64,000 nucleotides of DNA from Blastocatellia bacterium (GTDB lineage: Bacteria; Acidobacteriota; Blastocatellia; UBA7656). Position numbers and translations under genes: made by a program. The stretch lies in NCBI GenBank assembly GCA_963765495.1, contig CAVXWP010000007.1:576001-640000 (forward strand), in the 5' to 3' direction. Below are positions 30,147 to 43,339 of this stretch, one piece after another; within the stretch, counting starts at the first letter, position 1, and each line of letters begins with the position of its first letter. The notes beneath the pieces are model-generated. The model searched no databases. It was given only the letters and a program-made list of their open reading frames with translations, and was not told the origin of the DNA.

Positions 30147-30752
30147 ATGGTTGATACTCTCATAGAAGAAAAGATCGAATCTGGAACGGAGCATTTACCC
30201 GCTCCGCGCAAGTTTACCGTCGAAGAGTATTACCGGATGGGTGAGGCAGGCGTATTTCAGCCCGGAGAGCGAGTCGAACTTATCGAAGGGGTGATTCTAC
30301 GAATGAGTCCTAAAGGTACGAGACATGCCGCAAGCACAACATGCGCCGCCGTTTACTTTATCAAGACGCTCGGCGATCAGGTTGTCGTAAGAATACAAGA
30401 CCCCATCGACATCGGTCGCCATTCAGAGCCGGAACCCGATATAGTGCTCGCCGTCCCGCAGGAGAAAAAGTATTTCGATCATCACCCTCTCCCCTCAGAG
30501 ATTCTGCTTGTCCTCGAAATAGCTGACACGACCATTCCATATGATCGAGTGAAGAAGGGGCGTATCTATGCCCGCGCCGGGATTGCTCAGTATTTGATCC
30601 TGAATGTAAACACGAGAGAGCTTGAAGATTATACCGACCCCGATGAAGACGGGTATCGCGCTCGACAGACTTACCGAGCCGATCAAAGTTTTACCCTCCT
30701 TGCCTTCCCTGACATCGCCGTAGCGGTTCACGAACTGCTCCCACCCGAATAG
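30147..30752 (+). CDS. Uma2 family endonuclease-like protein
   Basis: FTVEEYYRM, VELIEG, SEPEPD, LVLEIADT, YARAGIAQY. Confidence 0.9.
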   Translation: MVDTLIEEKIESGTEHLPAPRKFTVEEYYRMGEAGVFQPGERVELIEGVILRMSPKGTRHAASTTCAAVYFIKTLGDQVVVRIQDPIDIGRHSEPEPDIVLAVPQEKKYFDHHPLPSEILLVLEIADTTIPYDRVKKGRIYARAGIAQYLILNVNTRELEDYTDPDEDGYRARQTYRADQSFTLLAFPDIAVAVHELLPPE

Positions 30753-30879
30753 AGGCTCTCTTCCCACCCGTTCATATCAATAGCGAACCTGCGGGCGCAG
30801 TTCTCCTAATATGTCTTTGCCATCAGTGTCCGGGGCAGGCTAATATGCTTTTTCAAAAATTTAACCTGTGGAGTATTCG

Positions 30880-31923
30880 ATGAATGATCAAGCCGGGGGC
30901 GTTGAACTTTCAACGCCGGTCAATGTAGCGGTGGTTGGATGTGGTTACTGGGGCAAAAACCTTGTGCGAAACTTTTCCCAGCTTCGCGCGCTTCGATGGA
31001 TATGCGACAGTAACCCGGCGTTGTTGCAATCGCAGGCTCTGGCTTATCCAAACGTCCGTTTGACCGACAGCATCGAAGAGGTGCTTGATGATGCGAGCGT
31101 CCAGGCGCTTGTGATCGCAGCGCCGGCGGCCCTGCATTACGACCTCGCAAAACAGGCGATCTCAAAAGGCAAAGATGTGTTTGTCGAAAAACCTCTGGCG
31201 CTCAGATACCACGAGGGCCGCCAGCTTGTAGAGATGGCCGAAGCCGGAGGCGTCATCCTTATGGTCGGCCACATTCTGGAATACCATCCGGCCATTGTGT
31301 TGCTCAAAGACCTGATAAGCCGGGGCGAACTGGGCCGCGTGCGTTATATTTATTCCAACCGTTTGAACCTGGGCAAGGTACGCCAGGAAGAGAACATTTT
31401 GTGGAGCTTCGCGCCGCACGATATTTCAGTCATATCGAGCCTTGTCGGAGCCGACCCCGAAGTGGTCAGCACTTCCGGCGGCAGCTATCTTCAATCCGGC
31501 ATAGTGGATGTGACAGTAACCGATCTGTTGTTCGACGATGGAGTGAGGGCGCACATCTTCGTAAGCTGGCTGCACCCTTACAAGGAGCAGAAACTCGTGG
31601 TAATCGGCGACCGCAAGATGGCGGTCTTTGATGATACGGCTCGCGAAGGCAAACTGAAATTATATGACAAGGGCATCGAATGGCGGGCCGGGCTTCCCGT
31701 CCCCCGACAGACGGCCGAGACGACGCTCTTTTTTGAAGAGACCGAACCTCTGCGGCTTGAATGCGAGCATTTTCTCAGTTGCGTCGGCGCTCGCCGCCGA
31801 CCTCTGACCGATGGAGAAAACGCATTGCGGGTGCTCAAGATTTTGGAGGCCAGCCAGTTGTCTCTTGAGCGAGGCAACGTTCCCGTAGCCCTTGCCGAGA
31901 TCGAAAAAGGAGGCGAGGCATGA
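30880..31923 (+). CDS. Gfo/Idh/MocA oxidoreductase (WbpB/WlbA-like)
   Basis: [25 protein letters not shown]. Confidence 0.87.
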   Translation: MNDQAGGVELSTPVNVAVVGCGYWGKNLVRNFSQLRALRWICDSNPALLQSQALAYPNVRLTDSIEEVLDDASVQALVIAAPAALHYDLAKQAISKGKDVFVEKPLALRYHEGRQLVEMAEAGGVILMVGHILEYHPAIVLLKDLISRGELGRVRYIYSNRLNLGKVRQEENILWSFAPHDISVISSLVGADPEVVSTSGGSYLQSGIVDVTVTDLLFDDGVRAHIFVSWLHPYKEQKLVVIGDRKMAVFDDTAREGKLKLYDKGIEWRAGLPVPRQTAETTLFFEETEPLRLECEHFLSCVGARRRPLTDGENALRVLKILEASQLSLERGNVPVALAEIEKGGEA

Positions 31924-32525
31924 CCGATTATTTTGCCCACGAATCGAGCTTTGTAGACGAGGGCGCGCGCATAGGGCAGGGCACGAAAATCTGGCATTTC
32001 TGCCATGTTTCGAAGGGTGCTCGGATAGGCGAACGCTCCGTGCTTGGACAGAATGTTTTCGTAGCCGATGATGTTGTGATCGGCAACAACGTAAAGATTC
32101 AAAACAACGTTTCGGTCTACACGGGCGTAACGCTTGAAGACGATGTGTTTTGCGGCCCCTCGTGTGTCTTTACAAACGTGATAAATCCCCGGTCGCAGAT
32201 CGTGCGCCATCACCTGTACGAGCGTACGCTTGTGCGCCGGGGCGCAACCATCGGGGCCAATTCGACAATCGTATGCGGCGCAGTGATCGGGCGCTACGCA
32301 TTTATAGGCGCGGGTGCCGTGGTGCGGGGAGACGCGCCCGATTACGCGCTGATGCTTGGTGTGCCCGCCACGCGCAAGGGATGGATGAGCAGACACGGTC
32401 ATCGGCTGGGCGAGCCTGACGCGGATGGGGTAATGATTTGCCCGGAAAGCGGATGGCGATACAAAGAGACTGAACCGGGCGTGCTTCGCTGCCTCGACAA
32501 ATCTGAGGATGAGCCGCTCTCTTAA
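31920..32525 (+). CDS. Sugar N-acetyltransferase (WbpD/WlbB-like)
   Basis: [33 protein letters not shown], hexapeptide repeats. Confidence 0.88.
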   Translation: MTDYFAHESSFVDEGARIGQGTKIWHFCHVSKGARIGERSVLGQNVFVADDVVIGNNVKIQNNVSVYTGVTLEDDVFCGPSCVFTNVINPRSQIVRHHLYERTLVRRGATIGANSTIVCGAVIGRYAFIGAGAVVRGDAPDYALMLGVPATRKGWMSRHGHRLGEPDADGVMICPESGWRYKETEPGVLRCLDKSEDEPLS

Positions 32526-32575
32526 AAGTAAATGCGCCGAAGCGTTCTTTAGCAATCAACCGGGAGGAGAGCCCT

Positions 32576-32944
32576 ATGGACAAAGGCGAGTTTCGCTTCG
32601 TCTTCTTTGCCAGAGATTATGAGGCCTCGACAGCCTTTTACCGCGATGGTTTGCAGTTGCCCGTGATCGGAGGGTGGGACCGTTCAGCAGATGATCGCGG
32701 TATGTTGTTCCAGGCGGCTTCGGGCATAATCGAAGTCATATTTGCAGGTGAAGGCGAATATGTGTCGCCTCAAGGGGCGTGGCTCTATTTTGAAGTGGAT
32801 GATGTAGACCAGTGGTTTGAACGCGCTCAAAGCAAGGGGCTGACGATCAGAGATGAACCGGCCGATACATCCTGGGGCCATCGCAAATTCGCTCTAATTG
32901 ATCCCGACGGGATCATAGTCTCTATGTTTTCCCCCATCAGATGA
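32576..32944 (+). CDS. VOC/glyoxalase family protein
   Basis: AFYRDGL, FEVDDVD, WGHRKFALIDPDG. Confidence 0.88.
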   Translation: MDKGEFRFVFFARDYEASTAFYRDGLQLPVIGGWDRSADDRGMLFQAASGIIEVIFAGEGEYVSPQGAWLYFEVDDVDQWFERAQSKGLTIRDEPADTSWGHRKFALIDPDGIIVSMFSPIR

Positions 32945-32963
32945 GAGCCCGATTGAAGAATAC

Positions 32964-33024
32964 AGCGTAGCCACAAACAATCACGAATCACGGATGGGGA
33001 TTCGTGATTGTTTGTGGCTACGCT
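32964..33024. terminator. 26-bp perfect inverted repeat between convergent genes (REP-like or bidirectional terminator)
   Basis: agcgtagccacaaacaatcacgaatc - 9 nt loop - gattcgtgattgtttgtggctacgct. Confidence 0.7.
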
Positions 33025-33038
33025 TCGAATAAGCCATT

Positions 33039-33509
33039 TTAACTTGCGCTTAATCCTGCAGCCGGATGGCGATACTCCATTATGGCTTTGGCGTGATGTG
33101 AGTCATGCTCTATCAGCGTGTGGACCAGCTTCGCCGTCATGCGCTCGGGAGACCAGAGACCGCTGTCATCGGGCAGGTCGGTCAGAATGGCTAGCAATCG
33201 TTTGCGTACCTCGTAGAGTTCATGGCGATTCTCTTCGGGCGTGCGGTCCTTGCGCTTATCGGCCTCGACTTTGTTCCATGCATTGAAGTCGGTAATCTGA
33301 CCGATAGTGGGGCGCTCGCCCCTCGCCTTTTGCTCAAAAGCCTTTACCACTTCGCCTTCCCAGGCCGCCAGATGTCCCAGTACATCTTTGTATGACCACT
33401 TGCCTTCCTGCATTGGCTGTGACATCTCTTCATCACTCATCCCCTCGAGCGCCCTCATGACATTCTGACGCTCAGTGAGCAGCTTTTCTATATACTCTTG
33501 CTTATCCAT
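33039..33509 (-). CDS. DinB family protein
   Basis: WSYKDVLGHLAAWE and C-terminal HDSHH. Confidence 0.85.
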   Translation of the reverse strand: MDKQEYIEKLLTERQNVMRALEGMSDEEMSQPMQEGKWSYKDVLGHLAAWEGEVVKAFEQKARGERPTIGQITDFNAWNKVEADKRKDRTPEENRHELYEVRKRLLAILTDLPDDSGLWSPERMTAKLVHTLIEHDSHHAKAIMEYRHPAAGLSAS

Positions 33510-33553
33510 TCACTTGCCTGCCTTTCTTAATAAAAGAGTCTAACGCCTGACTC

Positions 33554-34543
33554 TCAGGGCCGATTGGCATTGGCAGCCGGGCGGTTAGCGTTCGAGTTGG
33601 CTGTCGGTGGTGTCATAGGCGTTTCGCCCCCCTGTTGTCTCAGGGTTTGAGCGAGCACCTGGACGAAGGTGACAAAACTCTGGACCTGCTGTTTCAACTC
33701 CTGTGTGCTGACTTTTTTCATATCCGTCGGGACATCAAACAGAGTCGGGCTCGGATTCAAATTGATGTCACGAGTCTCGACCGCGATTCGCGCGGTCGCT
33801 CCGCTTGTTGTGCTGAGGTTTATGTCTGCGCGCAGTGGAAGGCTGGTATCCTGATCTACGTAAACGAAGCTGTCGGCCTGAACGGTCCCTGCCTGAGTGC
33901 CGGTTGCCTTCTCTCCCGCGAAACGGTACTTGGTTGCCGTGCGCCCGTTGATTGTTTCAGTCCCGAGCGATTCATATTGAGCGTGCGGTTTCAGATGTTC
34001 GACCATGGCGGTTGGGGTCAATACGTCGCCGAGGCGGAATCCAAGCTCTTCGGGCGCTAGCTGCACATACTGGTTGCGCGCAGGCGTGATCAGATATTTT
34101 TGACCGGCTTTCTCAAGATAAGTTACTTGTCCGATGGCCGGAAGAGTGATCCCCCACCGGTAATCAGTTCCCATCTTCGCATAATCTATCTGCTGCGGAG
34201 GTAACTCTCTTTGCTGATTATTGGCCGAGCCGATCCCGCTGATGGTGAGCGTCAGGCTATAGTTTTGCGGCTCTTTTGCCGATTCGAAAGGCGATGCGGT
34301 GGTCGCGCCCGTCTCGGTATTGGAATTCGTGTTTGTGACGGCTGCGCCGTTTAGATTGGCGTTGGTGTTTGCGTTTGAATTAGAAGTCTCCGTAGAGCAT
34401 CCAAACGATGCCAGCGCGAGAACCGAGATTACGAGCGCAGCGACCATCACCCGGGTGTTTAACATGCCGGTTGTCAGGCGGGTCTTTGTATTTATGCCGT
34501 TCAGTGAACGGGAAGTTGTGGTAATCGGATGATTGTTGAGCAT
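33554..34543 (-). CDS. Hypothetical lipoprotein with Asn/Thr-rich linker
   Basis: Lipobox LASFG-C, NSNANTNAN low-complexity linker, beta-rich core (GTETINGR...VYVDQDTSLPLR). Confidence 0.65.
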   Translation of the reverse strand: MLNNHPITTTSRSLNGINTKTRLTTGMLNTRVMVAALVISVLALASFGCSTETSNSNANTNANLNGAAVTNTNSNTETGATTASPFESAKEPQNYSLTLTISGIGSANNQQRELPPQQIDYAKMGTDYRWGITLPAIGQVTYLEKAGQKYLITPARNQYVQLAPEELGFRLGDVLTPTAMVEHLKPHAQYESLGTETINGRTATKYRFAGEKATGTQAGTVQADSFVYVDQDTSLPLRADINLSTTSGATARIAVETRDINLNPSPTLFDVPTDMKKVSTQELKQQVQSFVTFVQVLAQTLRQQGGETPMTPPTANSNANRPAANANRP

Positions 34544-34576
34544 TTGATCCTCCAGTGCGGCGCTTCGCCGCGCAAG

Positions 34577-35884
34577 TTAAAATAAGCGACGAACGTCCAC
34601 CTGAATTTGCGGATTGCGCATGTTACCCGTGATGCTGACGGGGATCGAAACGCGACTGTTTTTCTCAAGCAGCGTAACGGCGAAACCTATCAACGGGCTC
34701 GTTGTCTTCACTCTGGCCGTAGCATCGTTCGACAGCAGAACCGTCGCGTTATAATTGACTACAAGCGCAGATTCGACTTTGAACCAGCCCTGATCGGCTG
34801 TGGCATCGCCCAGCCCGTCGAGTTCCTGTATGCGCAGATTTGTTGTGTTGATCAGACTGTCGGCTATCTGGAAATCGGTCTGTATCTCACCAATATTAGT
34901 GCCCGTATCCATGTTGCCAATCTGCTCTATCTGAAGCGCTTTCGCCACCTCCTGGCTCAGATTGATGCTCTGTATAAATACGGCATTTGATGTAATGTGA
35001 CCGTTGCCGCCCAGAGACGGATTTGATCCTGGCGCGCGATTGGCGCTGATCTGACCGCTTGCGCCGAAGGCTTCGGCGTTGAAATTTTTTGTATGGAAAG
35101 GCCCCGGACCTATTGATCCGTTAACGGAAAGAATGGCGGGCGTGCTTCGATCTATTACGATGTCGAAGGGGATTTGCGCGTTGAGCTGATCGGTCCCTTC
35201 TGCGGCGGCGTCCGATTGCGCTAGCAACTCGCCTTTGACGTGACTGCTGCCGGGCGAGTTGTCTGTAACCGGATTGATCCAGGCATTCAAAGCTATGTTT
35301 CGATAGAGAGATTCCGGAGCCTGTACATCGGTTTTATCCAGGAATCTGACGGAGGCGTTCTCGATAGCGATCTGGCTAAAGCTGGCGTTTGAAAGGTTCG
35401 CATCCAGCCCACCCAACAGCCCGGCAAGCAGGGCGGGCCCGCCCTGAACCGATGGCGCGGCAGATGTGGTTGAAGTATCGGATCCCGGTTGACCTATGGT
35501 AGTCCAACTCCACACACCGTTATTGTTTTTTACAAACGTGAAATCGGGCGACTTGATAGAGAGCTTATCAATGACGAGCTGGCGGTGAAAGAGGAACTGT
35601 TTGATAGAGAAATCAGCCCTGACTTCGTCAGCCTTTAGAAATTCGCCGTCTCCGAATGCCGAATCTTCTTTTGCGCTCATGCCCCGGATAGTAAAGTAGG
35701 GGCCGCCCATAAAGCTGAGGCGCATTGATGCGATAGAGACTTTTCGACCAAGCAATGTTGAGAGCCGGGCCTCCACTTTAGATTGCAGAGGCGCAAGTGG
35801 GATAAGAGGCGCGAGCAAAACAGGCAGGGCCAGAAGAACTATAAAGATCAGTAGGCGAAAAAGACAGCTTCTAGATTTTGCCAT
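34577..35884 (-). CDS. AsmA family protein
   Basis: N-terminal TM, LSTLLGRKVSI, NGVWSW, C-terminal IPVSITGNMRNP. Confidence 0.75.
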   Translation of the reverse strand: MAKSRSCLFRLLIFIVLLALPVLLAPLIPLAPLQSKVEARLSTLLGRKVSIASMRLSFMGGPYFTIRGMSAKEDSAFGDGEFLKADEVRADFSIKQFLFHRQLVIDKLSIKSPDFTFVKNNNGVWSWTTIGQPGSDTSTTSAAPSVQGGPALLAGLLGGLDANLSNASFSQIAIENASVRFLDKTDVQAPESLYRNIALNAWINPVTDNSPGSSHVKGELLAQSDAAAEGTDQLNAQIPFDIVIDRSTPAILSVNGSIGPGPFHTKNFNAEAFGASGQISANRAPGSNPSLGGNGHITSNAVFIQSINLSQEVAKALQIEQIGNMDTGTNIGEIQTDFQIADSLINTTNLRIQELDGLGDATADQGWFKVESALVVNYNATVLLSNDATARVKTTSPLIGFAVTLLEKNSRVSIPVSITGNMRNPQIQVDVRRLF

Positions 35885-35986
35885 CAACCCTCACAAAATC
35901 TCCAAGCGAAACACCTATATATGCTACTTTGTGAAAGCCGACAGCGCAAGCAATTAAAAATTATCCAGGCGTGGTTATTGGAAAAC

Positions 35987-36016
35987 TTGACAATGAAACT
36001 CTCAGACCGATATATT
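35987..36016 (+). promoter_or_regulatory. Sigma70-type promoter of tRNA-Gln
   Basis: TTGACA (35987-35992), 18-nt spacer, TATATT (36011-36016), 13 nt before the tRNA. Confidence 0.65.
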
Positions 36017-36029
36017 TCCCTACCGTTGC

Positions 36030-36103
36030 TGGGAGGTCGTTCAACGGTAGGACAGCAGACTCTGGATCTGCTTATCGGGGTTCAAATCCCTGCCTCCCAG
36101 CCA
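36030..36103 (+). tRNA. tRNA-Gln (anticodon CTG)
   Basis: Acceptor tgggagg/cctccca, anticodon arm gcaga-ctCTGga-tctgc, T-loop ggttcaaatcc, encoded CCA. Confidence 0.95.
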
Positions 36104-36182
36104 TTATTATCAACGGTTTAGGAGCCACCACCGCGTGGCCTTTTCCTTTTTGTGCGCGGATCGTGCGCCGATTCACGCTTTC

Positions 36183-37109
36183 TTAAAGTTCAAGGTTGCT
36201 GCGAAGCCTGGCGATGTCACGTTGCGGCGGAGCGCCGAAATGCTTCTTGTATTCGCGGCTGAAGTACGACGGATCTTCGTAGCCCACGCGGATTGCGGCG
36301 CTCGCAGCGTCCAGGTCCTCGCCAAGCATCAGGCGGCGTGCTTCCTGGAGCCGTATCTGTTTCTGGAATTGCAACGGGCTCATCGCCGTGACCGACTTGA
36401 AGTGATGGTGGAAGCCCGAGACGCTCATCCCGAGCTCGCGTGCCATGTCTTCGATTTTAAGCGGCTCATCGAAGTTTTCGCGCAAACGCCCGATCGCCTT
36501 GGATATGCGGCGGGTTTCCCCGGCCGAAGCCAGCAGGTGGCCGAGCCGCGCACCCTGGCCCCCCGCCAGGAGGCGGTAGACGATTTCTCTGATGGTGAGC
36601 AGCGCGAGGAATGTGCGCTCTCCCGGCGCATCGAGCAGACGCACCAGCCTGACGACCGCGTCAAGCATATCGGCGTCGATCGGACTGACGGCTATCGCCC
36701 TTACGCTCGCGTCACTCTTCTTTGATTCCACGCCGGACTCCATCAGGACCGAGGCGACGAGGGACGGGTCGAGGTTCAGCCGGAGGCCGAGGTAAGGTCT
36801 TTCCTTCGACGCCTCTTCTACCTGGAAGATGACCGGCAAATCGACCGTGAAGATCAAGTAGTGTCCCGGGTCGTACCGGAACAGTTCCTCGCCCAAAAGA
36901 ACTTGCTTGCTGCCCTGAACAACAAAGCAAAAGGCAGGCTGGTAAACGGACTGTACCGATTCGATCGGCTTCGATGAACGGGCGAGGGAAAAACCGGGGA
37001 AGGCCTCCATCGCTCCGTCTTCGGGAAGGGCGGTCGCCATCCGCTCGACCAGTTCCTCTCTGATGCTTTGCATCCTTTGCGCCTCGCCTTTCACTTCTCG
37101 ACGGTTCAT
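36183..37109 (-). CDS. AraC family transcriptional regulator (YqhC-like)
   Basis: QGSKQVLLG...PYLGLRL N-domain; GMSVSGFHHHFK, SPLQFQKQIRLQEAR, VGYEDPSYFSREYKK. Confidence 0.92.
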   Translation of the reverse strand: MNRREVKGEAQRMQSIREELVERMATALPEDGAMEAFPGFSLARSSKPIESVQSVYQPAFCFVVQGSKQVLLGEELFRYDPGHYLIFTVDLPVIFQVEEASKERPYLGLRLNLDPSLVASVLMESGVESKKSDASVRAIAVSPIDADMLDAVVRLVRLLDAPGERTFLALLTIREIVYRLLAGGQGARLGHLLASAGETRRISKAIGRLRENFDEPLKIEDMARELGMSVSGFHHHFKSVTAMSPLQFQKQIRLQEARRLMLGEDLDAASAAIRVGYEDPSYFSREYKKHFGAPPQRDIARLRSNLEL

Positions 37110-37154
37110 AAACTCATATTAGCCTCCTCGTTTCCAATCGTCACGTCGCATGTT

Positions 37155-37194
37155 GAGTTTTTGCAGGATTATACAATTATTCGCGAGGATCCTC
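37155..37194. promoter_or_regulatory. Conserved operator candidate between AraC and divergent target (copy 1)
   Basis: 37/40 identical to 54459-54498 in the paralogous module; TATAAT about 25 nt downstream in both. Confidence 0.6.
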
Positions 37195-37284
37195 ACTGCC
37201 GCCTTATATCCCATAGCTCTTATAATTAACATCAGACAGGGGGATAGTGGGTGAGCAGACTTCGTGGCAAACAGGAGCAAGGTT

Positions 37285-38031
37285 ATGAGCGATAACATCG
37301 AAGGTAAGGTGGTGGTCATCACGGGCGCGAGCAGCGGGCTTGGCGAGGCGACGGCCCGATTGCTATCCGCAGAGGGCGCGAGCGTCGTGCTGGGCGCTCG
37401 GCGCGTCGAGCGCATCAAGTCACTGGCCGACGAGTTGACCAACAGCGGCGGCAAGGCGTTCGCTGTTACGACAGACGTTACCCGGTTCGACCAGATGAAG
37501 AGATTGGTTGACGCTGCTGTAGAGACCTACGGGCGTATCGACGTCATGCTTAACAACGCCGGGCTGATGCCGCACTCGCCGCTCGAACGCCTCAAGGTCG
37601 AAGACTGGGAGCAGATGATCGACGTCAACATCAAGGGCGTGCTCTACGGCATCGCTGCGGCGCTCCCGTACATGAAGGAGCAGAAGTCGGGGCACTTCAT
37701 TAACGTCTCTTCCGTGGCCGGCCACAAGGTGCGCCCCGGCGGCGTGGTCTATGCGGCGACCAAGCACGCCGTGCGCGCAATCTCGGAAGGGCTGCGGATG
37801 GAGGTGAAGCCCTACAACATCCGCACGACGGTGATCTCGCCGGGCGCTGTTGCCACGGAACTCGTTGACAGGATCACCGAGCCGGATATTCGGGAGGGCA
37901 TCCGCAAGATGACCGCCGAGATGGCGCTACCCGCCGAGACGTTCGCGCGCATGGTCGCCTTCGCCATGAGCCAGCCGGAGGAGGTGGACGTTAACGAGAT
38001 ACTGTTCCGGCCAACCCGTCAAGAATTGTAA
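37285..38031 (+). CDS. SDR family oxidoreductase
   Basis: [32 protein letters not shown]. Confidence 0.93.
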   Translation: MSDNIEGKVVVITGASSGLGEATARLLSAEGASVVLGARRVERIKSLADELTNSGGKAFAVTTDVTRFDQMKRLVDAAVETYGRIDVMLNNAGLMPHSPLERLKVEDWEQMIDVNIKGVLYGIAAALPYMKEQKSGHFINVSSVAGHKVRPGGVVYAATKHAVRAISEGLRMEVKPYNIRTTVISPGAVATELVDRITEPDIREGIRKMTAEMALPAETFARMVAFAMSQPEEVDVNEILFRPTRQEL

Positions 38032-38099
38032 CCACAGTGAGTAGCGCAAATTGAGAATAGTCTTTCCAGGTTTTGAAAAGAAGATCTGATTTTCATCCC

Positions 38100-40855
<2,756 letters not shown>

Positions 40856-40927
40856 TAGCATTTTGAAGTGGGCAGAATGGTCTTGGGGCGACACCGCCAG
40901 GACCATCTAACTCCGCAGGGGCAAGGT

Positions 40928-40975
40928 GTGGACGTTAACGAAATCCAGTTCCGCCCCACGCGCCAGGAGCTGTAA
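40928..40975 (+). pseudogene. Remnant C-terminus of an SDR oxidoreductase
   Basis: Translates [15 protein letters not shown], nearly identical to the end of the SDR at 37984-38031. Confidence 0.75.
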
Positions 40976-41033
40976 GTACCTCTGTTTGCCGTGGGAGGGT
41001 TCCGCCTATATTCACCGAATCGAAAGGATCGAA

Positions 41034-41504
41034 ATGAAACTGCTTGCCGCAACGGCTATAACGCTTTCTCTGTTTGCCTCGGCGTTCGCCCAGACGAATC
41101 AGGCGGAGGCCGCCGCGAGTCCCGGCGTCGCCCAGGCTCCGGGCTCGCAGTCAATCAGGATCACTCGCGGCGGCTCGCAGCCCTCCCGGAAGGGACCGGC
41201 CGAGAACTTCACCGGCTCCGTGCGCGTCGCCCCCAAGTTGGCCGAACTGACTGACGACGTGCTGTACGGCGACGTCTGGGAACGTCCGCAGCTGTCGAAA
41301 CGTGACCGAAGCCTGGTGACGGTGGCCGCGCTGATCGCCTTGAACCGTCCAGACCATCTCCGGTCTCACCTCGTCAAGGCGCGCGAAAACGGCGTGACCG
41401 AGGAGGAGTTGATCGAGACGATCACTCACCTGGCGTTTTACGCGGGCTGGCCTAACGCGGTAACTGCCATCGGCGTTGCAAGGGAAGTTTTCGAGAAGAA
41501 GTGA
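41034..41504 (+). CDS. Carboxymuconolactone decarboxylase family protein with signal peptide and truncated cupin start
   Basis: MKLLAATAI signal; GPAENFTGSVRV (cupin N-terminus) joined directly to APKLAELTDDVLYGDVWERP...HLAFYAGWP (CMD). Confidence 0.75.
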   Translation: MKLLAATAITLSLFASAFAQTNQAEAAASPGVAQAPGSQSIRITRGGSQPSRKGPAENFTGSVRVAPKLAELTDDVLYGDVWERPQLSKRDRSLVTVAALIALNRPDHLRSHLVKARENGVTEEELIETITHLAFYAGWPNAVTAIGVAREVFEKK

Positions 41505-41602
41505 GTTAAGGAGAGCACATCGAAGGAGGAATAATGCAAAAGCAGGAACCCGGAAAGAGCAAGCTGAACTTCTCGCCCCTTGTGGGCACTGGGGCAACTT
41601 CT

Positions 41603-42785
<1,183 letters not shown>

Positions 42786-43145
42786 GACAAGGCATTAGCG
42801 GCGGAAGAACTGAGTGAACGTAAACCAGATCGATTTAGCATGAGGAGATAAATTCACGGAGATCTTTCCAGCACTGCTCATTTATGGAATAGCGAAGATG
42901 AGATTGCTCGCCGGCGGCCAGAGTCATCACGCCATCGTCAAGCCTCTGACCAGCGGCATTGTAACCATGCTCTTGTCTGTGTTGAGCTAGCGCCTGTCTT
43001 TTGTGCACCAGTTGTGCGCCAAGGCAGTCGCACAGGATGAAACTGGACGGCACAGGAGTGAAGAAAACGGGTTCGAAAGGCGCAACGGAATCAAAGGAAA
43101 GAGAGCAGGATTGCACCCACTGAAACGAGACAAAACAGGTCCGGG

Positions 43146-43195
43146 GCAGACTCGGGATCTGCTCGCTCGGGGTTCGCCTACCTGCCTCCCAGCCA
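43146..43195 (+). pseudogene. Degenerate 3' fragment of tRNA-Gln (att-like site)
   Basis: gcagactcgggatctgc...ggggttcg...cctgcctcccagcca aligns to 36055-36103; 5' acceptor strand and D-arm absent. Confidence 0.8.
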
Positions 43196-43213
43196 TTATT
43201 ATCAAGGGTTTAA

Positions 43214-43241
43214 GGCCATCGAAAGGTGGCCCTTTTCATTT
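43214..43241 (+). terminator. Intrinsic terminator after tRNA fragment
   Basis: ggccatc-gaaa-ggtggcc hairpin followed by cttttcattt. Confidence 0.65.
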
Positions 43242-43339
43242 CAAAAATACAGTTTAATTTGCGCGTATTGAGCACTTGCACTAGACTAACTGACTGCGCT
43301 AATCGAGTTTTTTGAGAATCAAAGCAAGAGAGGTAACTT

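Noticed and set aside
30147-30752. Uma2 protein as a restriction or defence nuclease
   Set aside because: Uma2 genes are commonly scattered as solo paralogs; no methylase or partner here
31578-32555. 325-aa minus-strand ORF (similarly 17356-18294, 54572-55363, 784-1551)
   Set aside because: Antisense to confident genes, expected in GC-rich coding DNA
36135-36725. Similar plus-strand ORFs at 36135 and 53454
   Set aside because: Similarity is explained by being antisense to the paralogous AraC genes
42835-43116. 93-aa minus-strand ORF at the island end, possible integrase remnant
   Set aside because: No tyrosine or serine recombinase motif recognised; may be a gene fragment but cannot be assigned
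43120-43195. Possible second functional tRNA (anticodon loop reads CGG)
   Set aside because: No 5' acceptor strand or D-arm and a disrupted T-arm; it is a decayed tRNA-Gln fragment
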